Shown here one piece after another: positions 59,920 to 64,000 of a DNA stretch of 64,000 nucleotides (position 1 is its first letter; every line of letters begins with the position of its first letter). The translations under genes were made by a program, and so were the position numbers. Under the pieces are notes generated by a model, which saw only the letters and a program-made list of their open reading frames with translations, ran no database searches and was not told the DNA's origin. This DNA comes from Lama glama (lineage: Eukaryota), in assembly GCA_028534125.1 (NCBI GenBank), contig CM052817.1, forward strand, positions 3,536,001 to 3,600,000, given 5' to 3'.

Positions 59920-61460
59920 GGACTCACGTGATATTGAAAATGGTACATACCAAAACTTGTAGAGTACAGCTAAAATTGTTAGAGAGAAATGTGTAGCCTT
60001 AACAGTTTACATTGGAAAAGAACAGCTGAAAGCTAATGAGCTGTAAGCATCTAACTTAAGACATAAAAATAACAACTGAATAAACTCTCATAAAAACTAG
60101 AAAGTAGATAAATAAACGAAACAGAGAACAAAGGAAAACAGAAATAATCAACAAAGCCAACGTTCATTTTTTGGGAAGACTAATGAAATATGTACACTAA
60201 TCTCTGGCAAGAATGACCAAGAAAAAAGAGAACACATACATAAGCAGTGTTTGGAATTAAATGGACGTGAATATAGGTATGCCAGAGATTAAAATACTAA
60301 TGGAATAATAGAAGAGTCTTACTGATAATACCTTTTAAATTTAAAATAGACAAATTCCCCACAAGAACTATGACAACTGAACTTGCTGAGGAAGAAATTA
60401 ACAATTTGAAGAGCCCCACAATTTAAAACAAGAACTATGAATCCACAGTTTCTCATAAAGACAGCCCCAGGCTTGAATGGTACCAAACTTTCAAGAAATG
60501 AAATCTTATGCAAACTGTCCCATTCTGTGAGGCTGCTGTAACACTAATGCCAAACCCGGAGACAAACTGCATGAGGAAGAAAAACTTAGCTTGTCTCACT
60601 CGTGAACACAGATGGAAAAATCCCAACCAAAATATCAGCAAGCAGAATCCAGCCTCATACACAAAGGAAATGTAAAAGTAAAATGCAGATGCACCATGAC
60701 CAGGAAGGGTTTATCCTGGGAACGCAGAGATGCTGCGACATTCGAACTTCTTGTGGTTCACCATATTATCAGATTAAAGGAAACATTTATCATCTCAATA
60801 ATGCATAAAAAGATTTCGATAAAACTCCAAAACCACGATGTTAAACACAACAAAAAACTTTCAGTAAATGAGAAGTGGAAAGACATTTCCTTAGGTTGAA
60901 AAGTCTATCTACCAAAAACCTGAAACAAACATAACCTTCCCTGGGTGAAAACTTCAGATGCACTCCCTCTACTCAGGGTGAAGACGGCTGTTCTCAGCGC
61001 TTCCGTTTAACGCTGCCCTAGAGACCCCAGCTCGTGCGGCAAGGGAGGCAAGGCAAGGAAAGCGTAAGAGAGTAATAAACACTCTCATTATTCACACCGA
61101 AACATCTACACAGAAAACACAAAAGAGACCTACCATCAAATTATTAGAAGTACTAAAAGAATCCAGAAAGCTCTTTTGGGGGGGGGGTGATTTATTTTAT
61201 TTATTTATTTTTAGAGGCGGTATCAGGGATCAAACCCAAGACCTGGTGCATGCTGAGCACGCGCTCTACCACTGAGCTGTAACCTCCCCCACAGAGAGCT
61301 TTCTTGACCTAAGCACTATACAGAAAAATCAATTACATTTCTATACACCAGCAATAAATAGAAAATGTAATTTTAAAAAGATATCAGGTAGAATATCAAC
61401 AAAAAATATTAACCACCTAGTAGTAAATCTAATAACTATGTGCCAGATTTTTATGGAGAA
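59920..61460 (+). mobile_element. Decayed old L1 ORF2 fragment
   Basis: cataccaaaacttgtagagtacagctaaa...aaatcaattacatttctatacaccagcaata, homologous to 38880-40200. Confidence 0.8.
61174..61289 (-). mobile_element. tRNA-Ala-derived SINE (camelid Vic-1-like)
   Basis: Minus strand ggggaggttacagctcagtggtagagcgcgtgctcagcatgcaccaggtcttgggtttgatccctgatacc, then an A-rich tail. It has degenerate Pol III A/B boxes and imperfect flanking repeats (cagaaagct/cagagagct). Confidence 0.85.
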
Positions 61461-62704
61461 ATACATTGGAGATATAATACCTACACAGTTAAATCCACGC
61501 TTTTTAGTGTACGGTTCTGAGTCGTCACAAATGCATCAGCCATGTAACCACCAGCACAATCATGATGGAGAGCATTTCCATCACTGCAAAAAGTTCCCTT
61601 GTGCCCCTAGCTGTCTTCCTTGGCCCAGTGTCCCATGCACCCAGTGCAATGCATACGGTACTTAGGACAACTCCGTCCTGTACTAAGGGGCTGAGCGAGG
61701 GCAGAGGCAGAGGTAGCAGAAAATAGGACAGACAGAAGACATTCCACTTCTGTGACCCTGCTGGATAAAAACTGATGAGTTCTTAGCCACAAAGCAGTTG
61801 GACGTTTCCCCACACCCATGGGTTTCTCCCACCTCCAGCTCTGAAGCCCAGGGAGGTTAAGTCATGTGCCCAGAATCACACAGCATCAGGGTGGCAGAAG
61901 TCCCAAACTCACTGCCCCTCCACGTCCACAGACCCTCACTGTGCCCTGCCATAATCACCTCCTCCCCACCGTGAACTCTTCCTCCTGGGCTCTTTCCTTC
62001 AGCCCAGAAGCCTGAAGTGTGCAGAGGATAATAGGAAAGGCAAGTGAAAAAACTCATATGAGCACTTAAGAGGTAAAGCAAGGCCTCTGATGACAAAGCT
62101 AAACTCTGTCAGATGGAATGAAGGAGGGTAGCAAATTCGTGGTGGCTGGAGGGAGCCGAGATGAAACTACAGAAAGAGGTGCCAGGGTGGGACATCACAG
62201 ACTTGGCTGCCTCTTGGCCTCAGTGTCAGGCTCTGCCACCAAAGTACTTACGTCCCAACCAAAAGGGCTACCTGGCTCCCTGGCCACCCCACCTGGAGAC
62301 CAGGTGGTCCTCAGAGGAACAGAGGTCTCCATGCCCAGTGCTCCTCCTGGCCTCAGCACCAGGCCATTGGCAGCTGGGCCTGCCTGTCCCACTGCCCTGG
62401 TCCAAGAACAGCAAGAGCCAAGCCTATTCAGGCTGTGTCCCCAGAGGTCAGTGCAGCAGCCACAGGGCACGTCTGCAGGGTGAGTGGGTGGCTGGTGGAG
62501 ACGGGGCACCCCAGGCCTCCCCACACAGAGCCTTCCACTCTCACCTCCAGGAAGGCTGCCCCTCCGCAAGTTAGCCAGTCGGGCTCCCACCTGGGTTCAG
62601 ACTCCTCAGTGTACCCTGGGGATCCCAGAGCACTGCATGGTGATGGCCAGATTAGACCTTGAACATCTCCAAGGCAGGAGATGGCTCGGCCCCAATCCTG
62701 TCTT

Positions 62705-62840
62705 CCCCACCTATCCACTGTGTGACCTTAAGCAAGTCACTTAATGGCCCTGTGCCTGTCTCTCACTTATAAAATGCAGTTAATAATAGCACCTAACTCA
62801 TATGTGATTTACTTGAGGACATTAAATAAATGTATACAAA
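62705..62840 (+). mobile_element. MIR SINE
   Basis: ctgtgtgaccttaagcaagtcacttaatggccctgtgcctg...aataatagcacctaactcata. Confidence 0.8.
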
Positions 62841-62994
62841 CAGACTGTTTTTGACAGTTATCATCTGTGTCCCCAGTGCCCAGGTGTCAAACACAACTGT
62901 TAACTGACTGACAGACTGATTGGGTAAAGGACCCTGCCCCCCCACCTCCATCACCTCGCCATGGCCTCTTTCTTATAATAACGCTGCAGCTGCC

Positions 62995-63235
62995 AAGCAG
63001 TGATGTGGAGGCTAGAGAGTACAGACTTTGGCGCCAGGCTGCCAGATTCAAATCCCATCCCTGCCAAAGCCTGGCTGTGTGACATCAGGTGGCCCCTCGA
63101 CCTGTCTGTTTCTGCACTGTAAAAGGGGGTGGTCATGCTTTTGCCCTCCCTGTAGCATGGTTGGAGGATGGAACAGAGGATGTTTAAGAGGTGCATACTG
63201 GGTCCTCAGGAAGTCACTGTCATTACCACCATTAA
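62995..63235 (+). mobile_element. MIR SINE
   Basis: acagactttggcgccaggctgccagattcaaatccc...gctgtgtgac...tgtttctgcactgtaaaaggggg. Confidence 0.75.
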
Positions 63236-64000
63236 CAGAAATAGCATTCCTTGCCCTCTGCCCTCCTTCCTCCCTGGAAAGGCTGGGAAAGGGAGGCGGG
63301 AGCCGAGGACAGGAGAGTGATGAGGCTGTGATCAGCCTATCAGAAGGGGCTGATAAATGGAGCTGAATCCAGAAAGGATTTAGTAAGCCCTTCAAGTCGT
63401 CCATAAATAAGGCACAGGAGCCCAGGAGGGGGCCATGGCAGAGACGGATGCAGAGACAGCTGGCCAGCCAGCCATCGCTCCAGCGGCAGCCACCAGCAAC
63501 CCAGCTGGAGCCTCCAGCCTCGGGGGCCAGGGGTGTCAGTGGCCTTCGAGGAGGCTCAGAAACACCCCCTCAGTGGGTGCCCCCTGAAGATGGGGGGCCG
63601 GGCCAATCCAGGCTGGTGGGGACAAGTAGACTCAGCAAACAGTCAAGGGGCCTGTAACCCCCAAACATCCCCGAAGTCCCAGTTCAGGGCCAGGCTCTGT
63701 GCACAGAGACAGTAGAGATAAATACAGCCCAGCTATGTCCCCAGGGAGCCCACGGTCTGTGAGACACAGGCACGAAGAGCTCTGGCCACTGGGTGAGAGC
63801 CAAGTCCTGGGACAGCTGACCCCAGGGCCAGGACGCTCCCTGGAGGGAGAGCTCCTGACACCTCAGGCAGACCAGGAGAAGGCAGGGATTCTGGGCGAAG
63901 GAACAGGTGTTGAGTGCAGGGCAGGGCAGAGGCCGGGGTCCAGGGCCTGGCCCAGCGTGTGAGGAGGCAGGCGGAGGAGGAGGAGGCTGGAGAGTGAGAC

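Noticed and set aside
61215..61289. tRNA-Ala-like sequence as a tRNA gene
   Set aside because: It has a degenerate B box and stems and an A-rich tail, and it sits inside an L1. It is a SINE.

Overview
Mammalian genomic DNA. It is most likely camelid: there is a Vic-1-like tRNA-Ala-derived SINE, and I saw no Alu, B1, Bov or Can SINEs. The only protein-coding sequence I can support is coding exon 1 of SORCS2 (VPS10-domain receptor) on the minus strand at 24405-23929 (159 codons, phase-0 GT donor), inside a CpG island. Bases 1-23928 are the proximal part of intron 1. Bases ~24.7-64 kb are upstream intergenic DNA rich in old repeats: L1, L2, MIR, MLT1/MLT2 and ERV LTRs, and MER5-type DNA transposons. 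These include a decayed near-full-length L1 with nested insertions, and there is a 100-N scaffold gap. I found no convincing new gene or biological system. The best-supported unusual signals are: (1) an L1 insertion carrying ~128 bp of non-L1 DNA with its own poly(A) signal inside a perfect 15-bp target-site duplication (probable 3' transduction); (2) local patches where old repeats are pushed strongly AT->GC (possible GC-biased gene conversion footprints); (3) a second in-frame ATG just before the SORCS2 signal peptide; (4) several homeodomain-motif-dense candidate enhancers. Repeat subfamily names come from recalled consensus sequences and repeat boundaries are approximate.
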